64,000 nt of DNA from Bdellovibrionales bacterium (GCA_965203275.1 OZ241865.1:288001-352000), one strand, 5' to 3'. Shown: positions 29,881 to 40,808, numbered from the stretch's first letter. Program-made: numbers and translations. Notes: generated from the sequence alone by a model not told the origin.

Positions 29881-31587
29881 TTATTTTTTTAAGATAATCA
29901 AAGTTTGGTTTTTTTCTAAAATAGCTTTTTCTACTTCTTTTGTCGATAATGTGTAGTTTTTATACCCTGCCATTTTTAAGGTAATGGGTTTGTTCTTTAA
30001 AAATGTGATTTGTCTAGGAGTTCTTTTGTAAGACCAAACACCATCTATAAAAATTTTAGCTCCTTCTGGAGTGCTTGAGATAAATAAAGTAATGGAAGGC
30101 ACAGGTGTTTTTGCTGTCTGAGATGCCATCTCTTTATTCTTAGGACTTAACATATCTTTAAGTGTTTTAAACATGGAAGTTGTATTTTCTGTCCACTTTG
30201 TTATTTCTTTTTCTGTCTCTTCCGGATGTGTGATCTTAAAATAAAGCAATGAAGAAATACCTGTTGAAAAAATTAAAAATAAACCTATTTGCAAGACAAG
30301 AGAGAAATCTATTCTTTGGATTTTTTTATGATAAGGTTCGTAGTTTGTCTTAATATAATGCTTCTTTCTTGCATAATTTTCTGACTTTTGATGATGATTA
30401 TTATTAGATGAAGCAGAAGGTATTGTTTTAAAATGAATAGACTTAGATGCTTCTGATGCTGTGTTTTGATCAAATAAAACTCTAGAAACTGCTAGATTAC
30501 GTTCTTGATCTGATTCTGCTAGAAAACTATTATTAACAGTAATGGTTTCTGTTTTTTCTTCAACTTCAATGTTCTTTTCTAACAAAGCTTTTTGTATGAT
30601 CTCATCAATTTCCTTAAAGTCGCTTGTATAAGCCTTTTTAATTTTATCACCTAATTGCACCGGACTAAAGTCAGGATCCCACGAACATTTTTTAAGCAGT
30701 TGAGAAAGTTCTTCATGGAGTTCTTTTGCTGAAAATCTTAAGTTTTTATCTCTTACAAGAGCTTTTTTAACAATTTTTTCTACTTCTTTGACATGTTGCT
30801 GTGGAATATTTAATTTTGATTTGGATTCATTATTCATTTGTTCTAATGAAGGAATATGAGCCTCTTTTACTTTTAAAAGAATCTTATTGGCATTTTTAGC
30901 ATAAAATAAACGATCCTTAGCAAGAATTTCCCAAAGTACAACACCTAAAGAAAAAACATCTGTCTTTTGATCTATCTCAAATCCTTCAGCTTGTTCTGGA
31001 CTCATATAATTAAATTTACCTTGCAGTGTGTTCGCTCGCATATTGGCTGGTTGAAATGGATTATTAGAACGTGTTTTGGATATGCCAAAATCAATTAATT
31101 TCACCTCTCCTTCCACATTGATCATCACATTTTGAGGACTAATATCACTGTGTACAATGTTGAGTTTTTCATTTGTTTTAGGATGAATAAATGTGTGTGC
31201 ATAATACAAACCAGATGCCATTTCTTTAGTAATATAAATTTTCTCTGCAAATGTGAGGTCAGTTTTTTTGGAATAAAAGTCTTTTAAAATTTGTCTTAAA
31301 TTTTTCCCTTTAATAAATTCAAGGGCTAAAAATAAATGCTTTTGTTTTTTTTTATTTCTATGAGCAGGATACACAATAGCAATGTTTTTATGCTTCATAT
31401 ACTTTACAATATCTTGCTCAGCTTCAAACATTTTAGCAAAATCTATGTTAGAAGAATAAGCATCCGATATAGTTTTAATAGCCAGAATCTCATTATCGGA
31501 GGATTTAGCCAGATAAATCTCTGCCATGCCCCCCTTACCAATCTGGTGTAACAAAGTATATCTATCAAATTTTTTGTTGACTTCCAT
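29881..31587 (-). CDS. Hanks-type Ser/Thr protein kinase with TM helix and C-terminal PEGA-like domain
   Basis: GKGGMAEIY, AIK, HSDISPQN, DFG, YMSPEQ, DVFSLG; ISSTPEGAKIFIDG. Confidence 0.92.
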   Translation of the reverse strand: MEVNKKFDRYTLLHQIGKGGMAEIYLAKSSDNEILAIKTISDAYSSNIDFAKMFEAEQDIVKYMKHKNIAIVYPAHRNKKKQKHLFLALEFIKGKNLRQILKDFYSKKTDLTFAEKIYITKEMASGLYYAHTFIHPKTNEKLNIVHSDISPQNVMINVEGEVKLIDFGISKTRSNNPFQPANMRANTLQGKFNYMSPEQAEGFEIDQKTDVFSLGVVLWEILAKDRLFYAKNANKILLKVKEAHIPSLEQMNNESKSKLNIPQQHVKEVEKIVKKALVRDKNLRFSAKELHEELSQLLKKCSWDPDFSPVQLGDKIKKAYTSDFKEIDEIIQKALLEKNIEVEEKTETITVNNSFLAESDQERNLAVSRVLFDQNTASEASKSIHFKTIPSASSNNNHHQKSENYARKKHYIKTNYEPYHKKIQRIDFSLVLQIGLFLIFSTGISSLLYFKITHPEETEKEITKWTENTTSMFKTLKDMLSPKNKEMASQTAKTPVPSITLFISSTPEGAKIFIDGVWSYKRTPRQITFLKNKPITLKMAGYKNYTLSTKEVEKAILEKNQTLIILKK

Positions 31588-31705
31588 ATATTTATAAACA
31601 CTCCATGCCTATTGAGTATATTTCTTCTTTTCCTTAATTCCATCGGATAAAAGAGCTAAAATCTTAAGTCAGATAAGGTCTAGCTTTTATTTCACTCCTT
31701 TGTTT

Positions 31706-31932
31706 CACTAAAAGTAAACCAACCTCTGGTTGCTTTTGGACAGTTAGCCCGACGGCTCTCGCCGTCGATCAAAGGCTGAGTTGTTTCACTAAAAGTGGTC
31801 TGACCTCTGGTCACTTTCTGGCGATGACCACGATGGCTTTCGCCATCGGTAAAATGGTCATCGCCTAGAAAGCCTGACCACTTTTACTAGAAAGGATCTC
31901 TTCGTTTCTTAACACCATGTTAAGGAAACAAG
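31706..31932 (+). repeat. Mosaic array 3: truncated element plus complete element with tail
   Basis: Fragment 31706-31778 (P2 CAACC-TCT-GGTTG); full element 31787-31888. Confidence 0.92.
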
Positions 31933-32423
31933 AGGTTCATTTCTCTGAATTTTTTAAAAAAAAATAAGGAAATTGGGTTTGGAAATTGGAAATCTAGTGA
32001 TTTCAATAAGTTAATACTGTGACTTTTGTATAAAAGTTACAGTATTAAGTGTTTGTAATTGTTAGACTTTTTTAGGTCGACTTTAGAAATTTCTAATTTT
32101 TCGTCTAACACAATTCTTATCGTTTATTATGACATAAAACTTTATATTTTTGTTAAAAAAAATCAAAAAAAGTGACTTTTTGTATCAAAAAGAATCACTT
32201 TTTAAAGTTTTTGTATCATCTTGAAACACTTGACCAATCTTAAAGACATAAGATCAGAAAAATAAACAATAAATTTTCATTTGTGTTTTCTGATTTTTGC
32301 TTTGTTTGATTTTTCAAAACAATTTTCTTGCAAAAAGTTGCCTATTTTTTGCTCTTTCAAATTGTGACTTTTATACAAAAGTTACAGTGCTAAGTCCTTG
32401 AAATCACTAAGCTCATTTAGAAT

Positions 32424-32718
32424 CACTAAAAGTGGTCTGACCTCTGGTCACTTTCTGGTTGCCAGCCGAAGGCTATTCGCCTTCTTAAATGCTGGCAACC
32501 TCAAAAGTTCGTTTACTTTTAGTAGGGAGGATCCCTTCGTTTCTTTACACGATGTTAAGGAAACAAGATGTCCTTTGACATGATGTTAAGGAAAAAGTTC
32601 CTTCTGATGCCGGACTGCCGGATCCCAGATCCCGGATAAATACGATGTTAAGGAAAAAGTTCCTTCTGATGCCGGACTGCCGGATCCCAGATCCCGGATA
32701 AATACGATGTTAAGGAAA
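32424..32718 (+). repeat. Mosaic array 4: chimeric element, tail and 62-bp tandem repeat directly upstream of a pilin gene
   Basis: Element 32424-32523; GATGTTAAGGAAA at 32582, 32644 and 32706 with heptamer tracts between. Confidence 0.92.
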
Positions 32719-32739
32719 TAAGGTGTTTAAAAGGATATT

Positions 32740-33399
32740 ATGGACAAATCAAATCAAAAAGGCTTTTCTCTTATAGAGTTAATGGTGGTAGTAGCTATCA
32801 TTGGTCTTTTAAGTGTTGTAGCTATCCCTCAATATCAAAAGTATAAACTAAAGGCACGACAGGGAGAGGCCAAGCTTGCCTTATCCACTCTTTACACAAT
32901 GGAACAGCTCTTTATCACTACTTATGGCTATGGCACTGCTAACTTTGCACAGCTAGGCTATAAACCCAAAGGTGTTTATTATTACTCATCAGGATGGCCC
33001 GTAAGGCGTCAAACTAGTACTCCATATAACGTCAATGCTAGAACTAGGGCTGCTATAAATGTACCAGTGACTTACACAGGCCCTCTGGCAACTTCAACTG
33101 GTAACTATGTAAACACCAGACATGCCTGCAATGGCCCATCATCAGATCAAGCTGCCAAAAACCAAGACCGTGGTTGTTTTCTTCATTGGAAAGGAACAGC
33201 CCTCCCATCAAATCGTACTCAAGTGTATGCAAATCAATTAGGTGAAAGTAATCCTAGAGAAAATGAAGTCGTCAATATAGGCTATAGAAATGTAAAATTT
33301 TTAATTGAAACAAGAAACACAGAGTTGGACGTTTGGCTTATAACAGAGAAAAAGAAAATGGTTAATTTTTCATGGTGTAGTATAATTTCGTGCAACTAG
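32740..33399 (+). CDS. Type IV pilin
   Basis: Class III signal QKG|FSLIELMVVVAIIGLLSVVAIPQY. Confidence 0.92.
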   Translation: MDKSNQKGFSLIELMVVVAIIGLLSVVAIPQYQKYKLKARQGEAKLALSTLYTMEQLFITTYGYGTANFAQLGYKPKGVYYYSSGWPVRRQTSTPYNVNARTRAAINVPVTYTGPLATSTGNYVNTRHACNGPSSDQAAKNQDRGCFLHWKGTALPSNRTQVYANQLGESNPRENEVVNIGYRNVKFLIETRNTELDVWLITEKKKMVNFSWCSIISCN

Positions 33400-33607
33400 G
33401 ATATAAACTTTTTAATCGTAAACCTTTTAACCTAGAAAATCATTGATTTCCTCTAAATTAAAAAGCTTACATCCTAGTGGCACAAAATCTCTTTCGACTC
33501 ATAACCTACTGCTCAACTTTATTTTTGCAGGCTATCAAACTCAGGTTTTAAATCCCGAAAATTTTTATAAAAAATTGATTCGTTTTTATAGCTATAGCTT
33601 CTCATCC

Positions 33608-35065
33608 TTAAGAAGATAAGTACATACTCTCTAATTGTTCAAGTTGAGTGGCTTGTTGAGGTGTGAGACGTCCATTCACATCTTTTATAATGTAAAGATA
33701 GTGTAGTCGGCATAAAGTCAAAGAGGTTTTATCATTAAAATCGCATTTCAAAGAAGGATCATTTCGAGATTCCTCCATAAGTCTTAATGTCAATTGAGCA
33801 CGTTGATCACCAGAAGTAGCCTCTCTTTCTAACACCAATTTTCTCAAATGAAACATTTGCTCCATAACTTCTAACGTAAAGATCTCTTCAGATATTTCCT
33901 GTGTAAACCAATCTTGTCTAAAATGTTCTAATGCCTTTTGAACAACATAATAATCTACTACATAAACATTGATATAAGTACAGAACTTACGTAACTCTTT
34001 GAAAACAGGATCACATCTGTAAAGACGCTCCGTATAACTCTCCCTAGACATATTATATGTAGACCCAGTCGTTGCAACATTTAAACTTTCAATTAATTCT
34101 TTGTATGCACTATATCTCGCACTCCAAAATTTTTGATTACCATCGATTTCTAGACCATTTTTTGTTAGCTCCTCTCCTTGCCTTCGAGCTGCTCTCTTCT
34201 CCTCAATCACCTGAAGATAAGGACTGTCTACAAATTTTAACTTGATAGCACTTAAACCAAGTATAGCTGTACTAGTTGCTACACCAGCACCTACTTCACG
34301 CCATCGAATACGTGAAAAACTATTACGTGCTTGAAGTATGCGATCCTGATTCCATAAAAGTTGCATACGCGTCTTTAAAGCTCGAACAACCTTGGTACTC
34401 ATAAGCCATCTGTAGGCTCTGGCATTTCTACTCCATCTAGCAAGCCAGGTCACACCATGCTTTAATAATTTAATACCTCTGAACACTACTCCCAAGCCTT
34501 TACCTATAGCAGCCTCTTGAGCAAAACGCCCACCGAGCGTAGCAAATATGTCATTGTTAGAAATATCTCTTTTAATATTTTCAAGTAGCTGATCCGCATT
34601 GACATTGTGGGCATCTGCACAGTCTATGATGGCATTCTCAAAGCCTTCTGTTTCTATTAAAGTCTTAACATATTTTGAACGACCATGCCACCACTCTTCA
34701 TGTTGACTGTTTTCATTGGTTGTTTGATCAGCAGTCAATAAGGCACTCCTAAAGGTTTTATTCCTTATGACAAGCCACTGCATCATTCCTGCTCGATATT
34801 TCTCATCATTGACAAAAGAATTATATACAAAACCATCAGCATCTATAAATAGAACTTGATCATCAGAATCTATAGTTGCCGTAGGATGATCAACCATTGG
34901 ATTTCTACCTTCTGCACGATAGTATGTATATGCATAACAAAGCTGGCGACCTGTATCATAAGAGGTGGCCTCTGTAAGAATGTCATTCATTGCAGTAGGA
35001 TCCAAAGCATTGGCTTTTAGATTCAAAGAAAACAAAATAACAAATACAAAAAATATAAATCTCAT
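33608..35065 (-). CDS. Hypothetical secreted protein
   Basis: 485-aa ORF with signal peptide and RBS; amphipathic or hydrophobic central segment. Confidence 0.7.
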   Translation of the reverse strand: MRFIFFVFVILFSLNLKANALDPTAMNDILTEATSYDTGRQLCYAYTYYRAEGRNPMVDHPTATIDSDDQVLFIDADGFVYNSFVNDEKYRAGMMQWLVIRNKTFRSALLTADQTTNENSQHEEWWHGRSKYVKTLIETEGFENAIIDCADAHNVNADQLLENIKRDISNNDIFATLGGRFAQEAAIGKGLGVVFRGIKLLKHGVTWLARWSRNARAYRWLMSTKVVRALKTRMQLLWNQDRILQARNSFSRIRWREVGAGVATSTAILGLSAIKLKFVDSPYLQVIEEKRAARRQGEELTKNGLEIDGNQKFWSARYSAYKELIESLNVATTGSTYNMSRESYTERLYRCDPVFKELRKFCTYINVYVVDYYVVQKALEHFRQDWFTQEISEEIFTLEVMEQMFHLRKLVLEREATSGDQRAQLTLRLMEESRNDPSLKCDFNDKTSLTLCRLHYLYIIKDVNGRLTPQQATQLEQLESMYLSS

Positions 35066-35094
35066 TTCAAAATCTCCTTATATTAAATACAATA

Positions 35095-35112
35095 TTGCAA
35101 TTTCATTGCCAA
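35095..35112 (-). promoter_or_regulatory. Sigma54 (-24/-12) promoter
   Basis: Minus strand TTGGCAATGAAATTGCAA (GG-N10-GC), 30 bp upstream of the start at 35065. Confidence 0.7.
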
Positions 35113-35269
35113 GATAAAAAGAGCATCCTTAGTTATTTTAAGGGTTAAAAAGGAATAAAATCTAATATTCATTTTTACTCCTTTTATTTATAGAATCATT
35201 GCTTTCATCAATAAAGAAAGCCCCATGTCGAGAGCATCAAAATCAAAAATGCCCAATCAAAGACAATAA

Positions 35270-35470
35270 TTAATTATTGGTAATTAAAGAATGAATTTCT
35301 GTCATCATATACTTTAAACGCCCATTGAGATCTTCAAGCCGATCAATAGAGTTCCTTAATTCTGACAGTCCATCATTGTGAGTATAAAAAGAATTATTCC
35401 ACTGAATAGTCTTATGAGAAAAATGACTAGGTTTTTGTTCTTGCAATGCGTTATTGGTTTGTAAATTCAT
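35270..35470 (-). CDS. Small coiled-coil hypothetical protein
   Basis: AAGGA RBS; LSELRNSIDRLEDLNGRLKYMMTEI. Confidence 0.55.
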   Translation of the reverse strand: MNLQTNNALQEQKPSHFSHKTIQWNNSFYTHNDGLSELRNSIDRLEDLNGRLKYMMTEIHSLITNN

Positions 35471-35602
35471 AAAAATTCCTTTATTTCGAGTTACAGTTAA
35501 AAATTAATTTCCTTACTATTTGTTCTACTTAAAACTTAAAAATGTTCCTTAAAAAGCATTTGTTATCTTATCCCTCATTTGAGATAAAATAAAGCTTATT
35601 TT

Positions 35603-36262
35603 TTATCTATTAAAGTATGCACCATACTCACACTGTATTGATTCAATATCTATACTGCCTATATTATTTCTCACTGTTTGTTGTGATAAATGTGTAAGCA
35701 TGACACTACGATGGTCTGTATTATGGTCAAGTCCTAAAACATGTCCTAATTCATGGATCATAAGACTCTCTAAATGAAGTGCTTTACTTCCATCCATACC
35801 ACTATAATCACTTTCAGATTCTGAGTCTATGTAAAATGAATAATCTTTAGCATTAATAAGAATATCAGCATCGTAAATTTGACTTCCTGCCCAATGGACT
35901 ATTGTCTTAGCCTGTTCACTAGATTTGCTCTCATTCCATTCATCTAACCAATAAATAACAGATCGGCTATCTGCCCTATGCCGGTCTGATCTGTCTTCTT
36001 GTTCTTGTATGTCAAAAAAATCAATACCTGTTTCATTTTCCCATGCTCTCTCTGCTGCATAAAAAGCTTCTCTATATTCGTATGGAATACTTTCGTTCAT
36101 CCATAATACAATAGGTAAATTACGACTCCATGAAACCCTCTGTTTTTGAGAGTTTCGCACGAAAAAACAACTGTGTTGTGGAGGAGGGGCACATGAAATT
36201 AAAAAAACCGCTGAAAATATAACTGAACTTAATGCAAAATGGTATAATGTACTTTTCTTCAT
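35603..36262 (-). CDS. Matrixin-like (M10) metalloprotease lipoprotein
   Basis: Lipobox LISC; HELGHVLGLDH and SVM Met-turn. Confidence 0.9.
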   Translation of the reverse strand: MKKSTLYHFALSSVIFSAVFLISCAPPPQHSCFFVRNSQKQRVSWSRNLPIVLWMNESIPYEYREAFYAAERAWENETGIDFFDIQEQEDRSDRHRADSRSVIYWLDEWNESKSSEQAKTIVHWAGSQIYDADILINAKDYSFYIDSESESDYSGMDGSKALHLESLMIHELGHVLGLDHNTDHRSVMLTHLSQQTVRNNIGSIDIESIQCEYGAYFNR

Positions 36263-36324
36263 TTTTCTTCCTATCTCTTATTTCCAAAACATTTATATTA
36301 TTTTTTATCCTTTATAAATAAGTA

Positions 36325-36342
36325 AGGCAAATAAAATGCCAA
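36325..36342 (-). promoter_or_regulatory. Sigma54 (-24/-12) promoter
   Basis: Minus strand TTGGCATTTTATTTGCCT (GG-N10-GC), about 65 bp upstream of the matrixin start. Confidence 0.6.
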
Positions 36343-36557
36343 ATGACAAAAAAGCTAAGTATCTAAAATAACTCATTTTTTAAAAAAGCCCCCTCACCAC
36401 ACATAAATAATAATAGTCACAGTGATAAGAAAATATCAGAAATTATAAACACAAAAGGATAAAAATATAATTATAAGCTATTAATATTATTTATATTTTT
36501 TGTATTGTTTATTTTTTTGACATAACATGGACCTATTATGTCTATACCAACGCAAAA

Positions 36558-37799
36558 TTATGTGTACTTATGAAAAGGGGCTTTTAAAAAAGAAGCTTCT
36601 TGGCAAACAGCCAGTTCCATCAAATGTGAGACTGTGCTGTAAACATTTTCTAATGGTAAGCCATATCTATTTATTTTCAGGTCACTCATACATAATCTTT
36701 TAAAAACAGCTCCTGGGGAATTAAGATTTTCTTTTTCTGATTTTTTTCTATGAGTCCTTAAAAAACCTCCTATAAATTCATTACCAATCATATAAATCAC
36801 AGGCTCTGCTACAAAACCTTCATCATCTCTTATAGATGAAGGAATGCCTTCTTGTATAATAAGCTCTGTGATCTTGCTTTGTCCCTTTCCTCGCTTCATT
36901 TTTTGACGCATTTTATTATTCCAATTTAAAATATCTTGACCAGATGTCACCTGAGTAACGGCCATACCATAAGTTCCAGAGTTATTTTTAATAAAAACAA
37001 AGGGTTTCCATTTGATTTGTCTTTTATTGTACTCTTTTTGAATATAACCGATCATTTGATCCACTTTATTGGTTAACTCTTTAATGGAACTTTGATCCTG
37101 CCATGCAAAATGATCAATAAGCTGTGTTTCTATTGTAAAAATCCAAGGATCAAGATCTATGAGGCGACAAAACTGGTTTGCTAATTGGTTGTAAAAAGAA
37201 AAATGATTATGTTTTTTTCTGTTTTGCCAACCTAGCTCTTGAGGAGGATTAATAGGATAGTTTTTATTTTGTAAAAGAGAATATATTTGAGTAAAGTCAT
37301 TATTACTGATCACCAAATCAGGAATTATACCATCTACCATAAGCTCACCTTTTGTACTACGTGAGATCTGAGAAAGTGTGATCGTCCTACCAGCAGCAGA
37401 AACTATATGTGAAAGAAAGGCATTTTCTACAGGGAAACTAACTTTGCATTCAAATCCAGCATTTTTAATAATTTCTAAAAGAGCAAACACATTATCCCAA
37501 TAAAATAAATTACTGGTATTTTCTTCAGTGATCAGTAAAATCTTTTTGCAAGTTGATCCGTAATGTTTATGAATATACGTCCTAAAAACTTCTGGTGCAT
37601 GTTCTTTGTCCACATCACATATATTATTAAACCCTGCAGGATAAATATTTGCATCTACAGGAGTGATTTTAAATCCAGCATCTCGAATATCTACACTGGT
37701 ATAAACAGGAAAACGACACGATAAACCTTTGCGTTTAAAAAATTTTACCGCTATGTCATGTTTTTCTATAAGTTTTAAATGAATGTGTGATCTATCCAT
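36558..37799 (-). CDS. gshA: Glutamate-cysteine ligase (GshA family)
   Basis: YTSVDIRDAGFKITPVDANIYPAGFNN; KNNSGTYGM; IIQEG; NLNSPG. Confidence 0.88.
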   Translation of the reverse strand: MDRSHIHLKLIEKHDIAVKFFKRKGLSCRFPVYTSVDIRDAGFKITPVDANIYPAGFNNICDVDKEHAPEVFRTYIHKHYGSTCKKILLITEENTSNLFYWDNVFALLEIIKNAGFECKVSFPVENAFLSHIVSAAGRTITLSQISRSTKGELMVDGIIPDLVISNNDFTQIYSLLQNKNYPINPPQELGWQNRKKHNHFSFYNQLANQFCRLIDLDPWIFTIETQLIDHFAWQDQSSIKELTNKVDQMIGYIQKEYNKRQIKWKPFVFIKNNSGTYGMAVTQVTSGQDILNWNNKMRQKMKRGKGQSKITELIIQEGIPSSIRDDEGFVAEPVIYMIGNEFIGGFLRTHRKKSEKENLNSPGAVFKRLCMSDLKINRYGLPLENVYSTVSHLMELAVCQEASFLKAPFHKYT

Positions 37800-37924
37800 A
37801 AGACTTTATTTGTTTCCCTTACAATAAACCATGCCTTTAGGATTTTAGATAGTTAGCCTCATCGTACGCTATTAATTCAATGAAGATATTTTTTAGATGT
37901 TACCTCATATAGATAAGTCTATAT

Positions 37925-39127
37925 CTATATTTGAAGCAATAACTTACGTATATCTTGCATGCTCTCCTTAATTTTAACTAAAAAGCCCACAGCTTCTCTG
38001 CCATCAATGATACGATGATCGTATGAAAGTGCTAAATACATCATCTTCCGTATAGCGATTTGACCATCTATCACAGAAGGACGATCGCTAATAGCATGCA
38101 TGCCTAGGATTCCACTTTGTGGAGGGTTTAAAATAGGTGTTGACATCATTGATCCAAAAACACCTCCATTGGTGATTGTAAAAGTACCACCACTGAGGTC
38201 ATCCATAGAGACCTTTCCTTCTTTTGCATCCAAAGCAAACTTTTTAATTTGTAGTTCAATTTTTGCTAAAGACATCTGATCAGCATCTTTGAGAACAGGA
38301 ACAATAAGCCCACGAGGCGTACTGACAGCAACTCCTATATTGTAAAAATGATTATAAACCAAATGATCTTCCTTGATGAAACCATTGACGAGAGGGAATT
38401 CTTTCAAAGCTTCTATAGAGGCTTTGACAAAAAGACTCATTAAACCAAGCTTGACACCATGTTTTTTTGTAAACTCCTCTTGATATTTTGCTCTTACATT
38501 CATGGTATCTGTTAAATCTACTTCATTAAATGTTGTGAGAATAGCTGCTGTGTTTTGAACCTCCTTAAGACGGCGAGCTATTGTCTTACGGATAGTTGAA
38601 AGAGGTTTTATTTCTGTTTTTTGTGGAACTTGAGAAGTCGGTTGAGAAGATGGTTTGTCTTTGATTTTTTCTTCAGTTGTTGGTTGCAAAATATCTTGCT
38701 TGACTTGATCTGGCTGATTAAGCAGTAAATGTCGAAGAGATGGAGGAAGCTTTCTTAACATGTCTTCTGGAATTTCTGGCTGAGAACTTTTTTGTTGTGG
38801 TACTTCTGTCTTAATAGTTTGTGTCACTTGTGGCTTTGTTGGTTTTTTCAAGGTAGTCTGTGCTTTGTGTGTCTCTTGTTTCTGAGTTTTTGTGGATGGT
38901 TCAAGAAGACCTACCTGGCTACCTATAGGGATTGTACTACCTTCTGGTTTAAGAATTTTAAGAACACCAGAACTCTCTGCTGTGATCTCCACTGAAGCCT
39001 TATCTGTTTCTAGAACTAAAAGAACATCACCTGTACTTACAGAATCACCATTTTTTTTAGACCATTCGGCAATAGTGACTTCTAAGACAGATTCTCCTAC
39101 TGAAGGAATTTTAATTTCTTGACTCAT
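37925..39127 (-). CDS. sucB: 2-oxoglutarate dehydrogenase E2 (dihydrolipoamide succinyltransferase)
   Basis: Lipoyl motif [22 protein letters not shown]. Confidence 0.93.
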   Translation of the reverse strand: MSQEIKIPSVGESVLEVTIAEWSKKNGDSVSTGDVLLVLETDKASVEITAESSGVLKILKPEGSTIPIGSQVGLLEPSTKTQKQETHKAQTTLKKPTKPQVTQTIKTEVPQQKSSQPEIPEDMLRKLPPSLRHLLLNQPDQVKQDILQPTTEEKIKDKPSSQPTSQVPQKTEIKPLSTIRKTIARRLKEVQNTAAILTTFNEVDLTDTMNVRAKYQEEFTKKHGVKLGLMSLFVKASIEALKEFPLVNGFIKEDHLVYNHFYNIGVAVSTPRGLIVPVLKDADQMSLAKIELQIKKFALDAKEGKVSMDDLSGGTFTITNGGVFGSMMSTPILNPPQSGILGMHAISDRPSVIDGQIAIRKMMYLALSYDHRIIDGREAVGFLVKIKESMQDIRKLLLQI

Positions 39128-39293
39128 CTGTTGCTATTCCTTTCTTGTTGCTATCATTTTCATTTTGTCATGTTTATAAGCACACCATCCATTAATGTAT
39201 GAAAAACAAAATCTTTATCTACTTATATGGACCTCTTTTTAGAGATATATGCTACATTGACTTAAAAAAGACAACCTGTCAATTGATCCCACT

Positions 39294-40088
39294 TTATTTT
39301 ATATTGAGCTTTTCTTTCAGGCGAGAAGTTATTCCAATCAAACTCTTAAGATCTGTTATGGCTTTTTGCTGTTTGCAAGATAAACTCCATATTTGGCTCT
39401 GCCCTTTAAATTCTGTTTGAACAGTTCTTAAGGCTTTTTGAGCTCCTTCAATAGAATATTTATCTTTATATAAAAGCTTTTTAATCAGTAAGATGGTTCT
39501 AATATCTTTTTGAGTGTACATTCTGCGATTGTTGTGAGCTTTCTTAGGTTTCAAAGCCTCAAATTCAGACTCCCAATATCGCAAGACATAAGACTTTACT
39601 CCCGTAAGAAGAGCAACCTCTCCTATCTTAAATGCCATTCTGTGAGGTACTTTCTCTAACTCTTTGAAGATGGGAGCGTATTCTCCTTGAGAATTCTCTT
39701 GAGACGAGGAAGGTTCTGTGGTTTGACTTTGATTCTCTCTTTCAAATCCTTCAAAATCATCTGAAAAGTCAGGAGAACAAAGTTTATTATCTTCTAGCTT
39801 AAATGTTTTATTCTTTCTATCTGATTCATCCGAGATAGAATCATCAGTTAGAAAAGAAGCATCTGTAGGCAATGTAGTGGAAAGCTCAGAGTCATTTGAA
39901 ATTTTTTTGGGCATATTAGAAATATCCACATCAACATGAGAGTTAGAATCAAGGTCATCTTGAAGTTCAATCTGTGAGGATGGAGTGATAGCTGATTGTA
40001 TAGAATCTTGAAAAATCACCTTATTGAGATGATCATGATCGCTATCTCTTAATTCATTTTGTATTGCTTGATCCATGCAATGCTCCAT
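39294..40088 (-). CDS. MerR-family transcriptional regulator with a long acidic N-terminal extension
   Basis: FKIGEVA..VLRYWESEF..RRMY; directly downstream of ihfA. Confidence 0.85.
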   Translation of the reverse strand: MEHCMDQAIQNELRDSDHDHLNKVIFQDSIQSAITPSSQIELQDDLDSNSHVDVDISNMPKKISNDSELSTTLPTDASFLTDDSISDESDRKNKTFKLEDNKLCSPDFSDDFEGFERENQSQTTEPSSSQENSQGEYAPIFKELEKVPHRMAFKIGEVALLTGVKSYVLRYWESEFEALKPKKAHNNRRMYTQKDIRTILLIKKLLYKDKYSIEGAQKALRTVQTEFKGQSQIWSLSCKQQKAITDLKSLIGITSRLKEKLNIK

Positions 40089-40114
40089 TTGCTACCACAA
40101 CACAATAAAAATAT

Positions 40115-40426
40115 TTATTTATCATTAAGAGCATCTTTAATCAAATGGCTTGGCTTAAAAGAAAGAACTTTTCTTTTACTAATTTTAATGCGATCACCTG
40201 TTTGAGGGTTTCGTCCCATTCTTTCTTTTTTTTCCCGTACTGTAAATCGACCAAAACCTGAAATTTTTACAACTCCGTCTTTATGTTTTAAAGTCTCTTT
40301 AATAGTGTCAAAAACCATTTCAACTAAATCATAGCTTTCTTTTTTAGAAAAACCTAACTGAGCATATACCCCCTCCACAAGTTGGGCTTTTGTTATAGCA
40401 GATTGTTGTTTATGATTTGAAGTCAT
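40115..40426 (-). CDS. ihfA: Integration host factor alpha subunit
   Basis: TKAQL, VKISGFGRF, RMGRNPQTG; ihfA-merR synteny. Confidence 0.9.
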   Translation of the reverse strand: MTSNHKQQSAITKAQLVEGVYAQLGFSKKESYDLVEMVFDTIKETLKHKDGVVKISGFGRFTVREKKERMGRNPQTGDRIKISKRKVLSFKPSHLIKDALNDK

Positions 40427-40434
40427 TGTATTCT

Positions 40435-40502
40435 CCTTTTTAATAATTTAACCTTTTTAATAATTTAACCTTTTTAATAATTTAACCTTTTTAATAATTT
40501 AA
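40435..40502. repeat. 17-bp tandem repeat, 4 copies (CCTTTTTAATAATTTAA), in the ihfA leader
   Basis: Four exact consecutive copies; the gene-proximal copy overlaps the AAAGGAG RBS. Confidence 0.95.
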
Positions 40503-40808
40503 AAGATGCATTAAAAGATGCAAAACAGTTAAAGGACGCCATTTCAAAGTTATAATGACCCCCTCCCCTAAGTTATTTATTTGTCTCATTGTTTATTAAT
40601 AGCTGATCACACACTTTGTAAGTTATAACCTAACTTAATTTATATTTATATGCAAGTCATTTTAACTAAAATAAAAATCAAAATTTATTTATTGACAAAT
40701 ATAAGGTTAAATTATAGCTATAAATTATGTTATAATCTATCAAAACTATTAAAAAATAAAAAGAAATAATTATATTCACCACTGAATGTTCATTAAAGGG
40801 AGCAAAAT

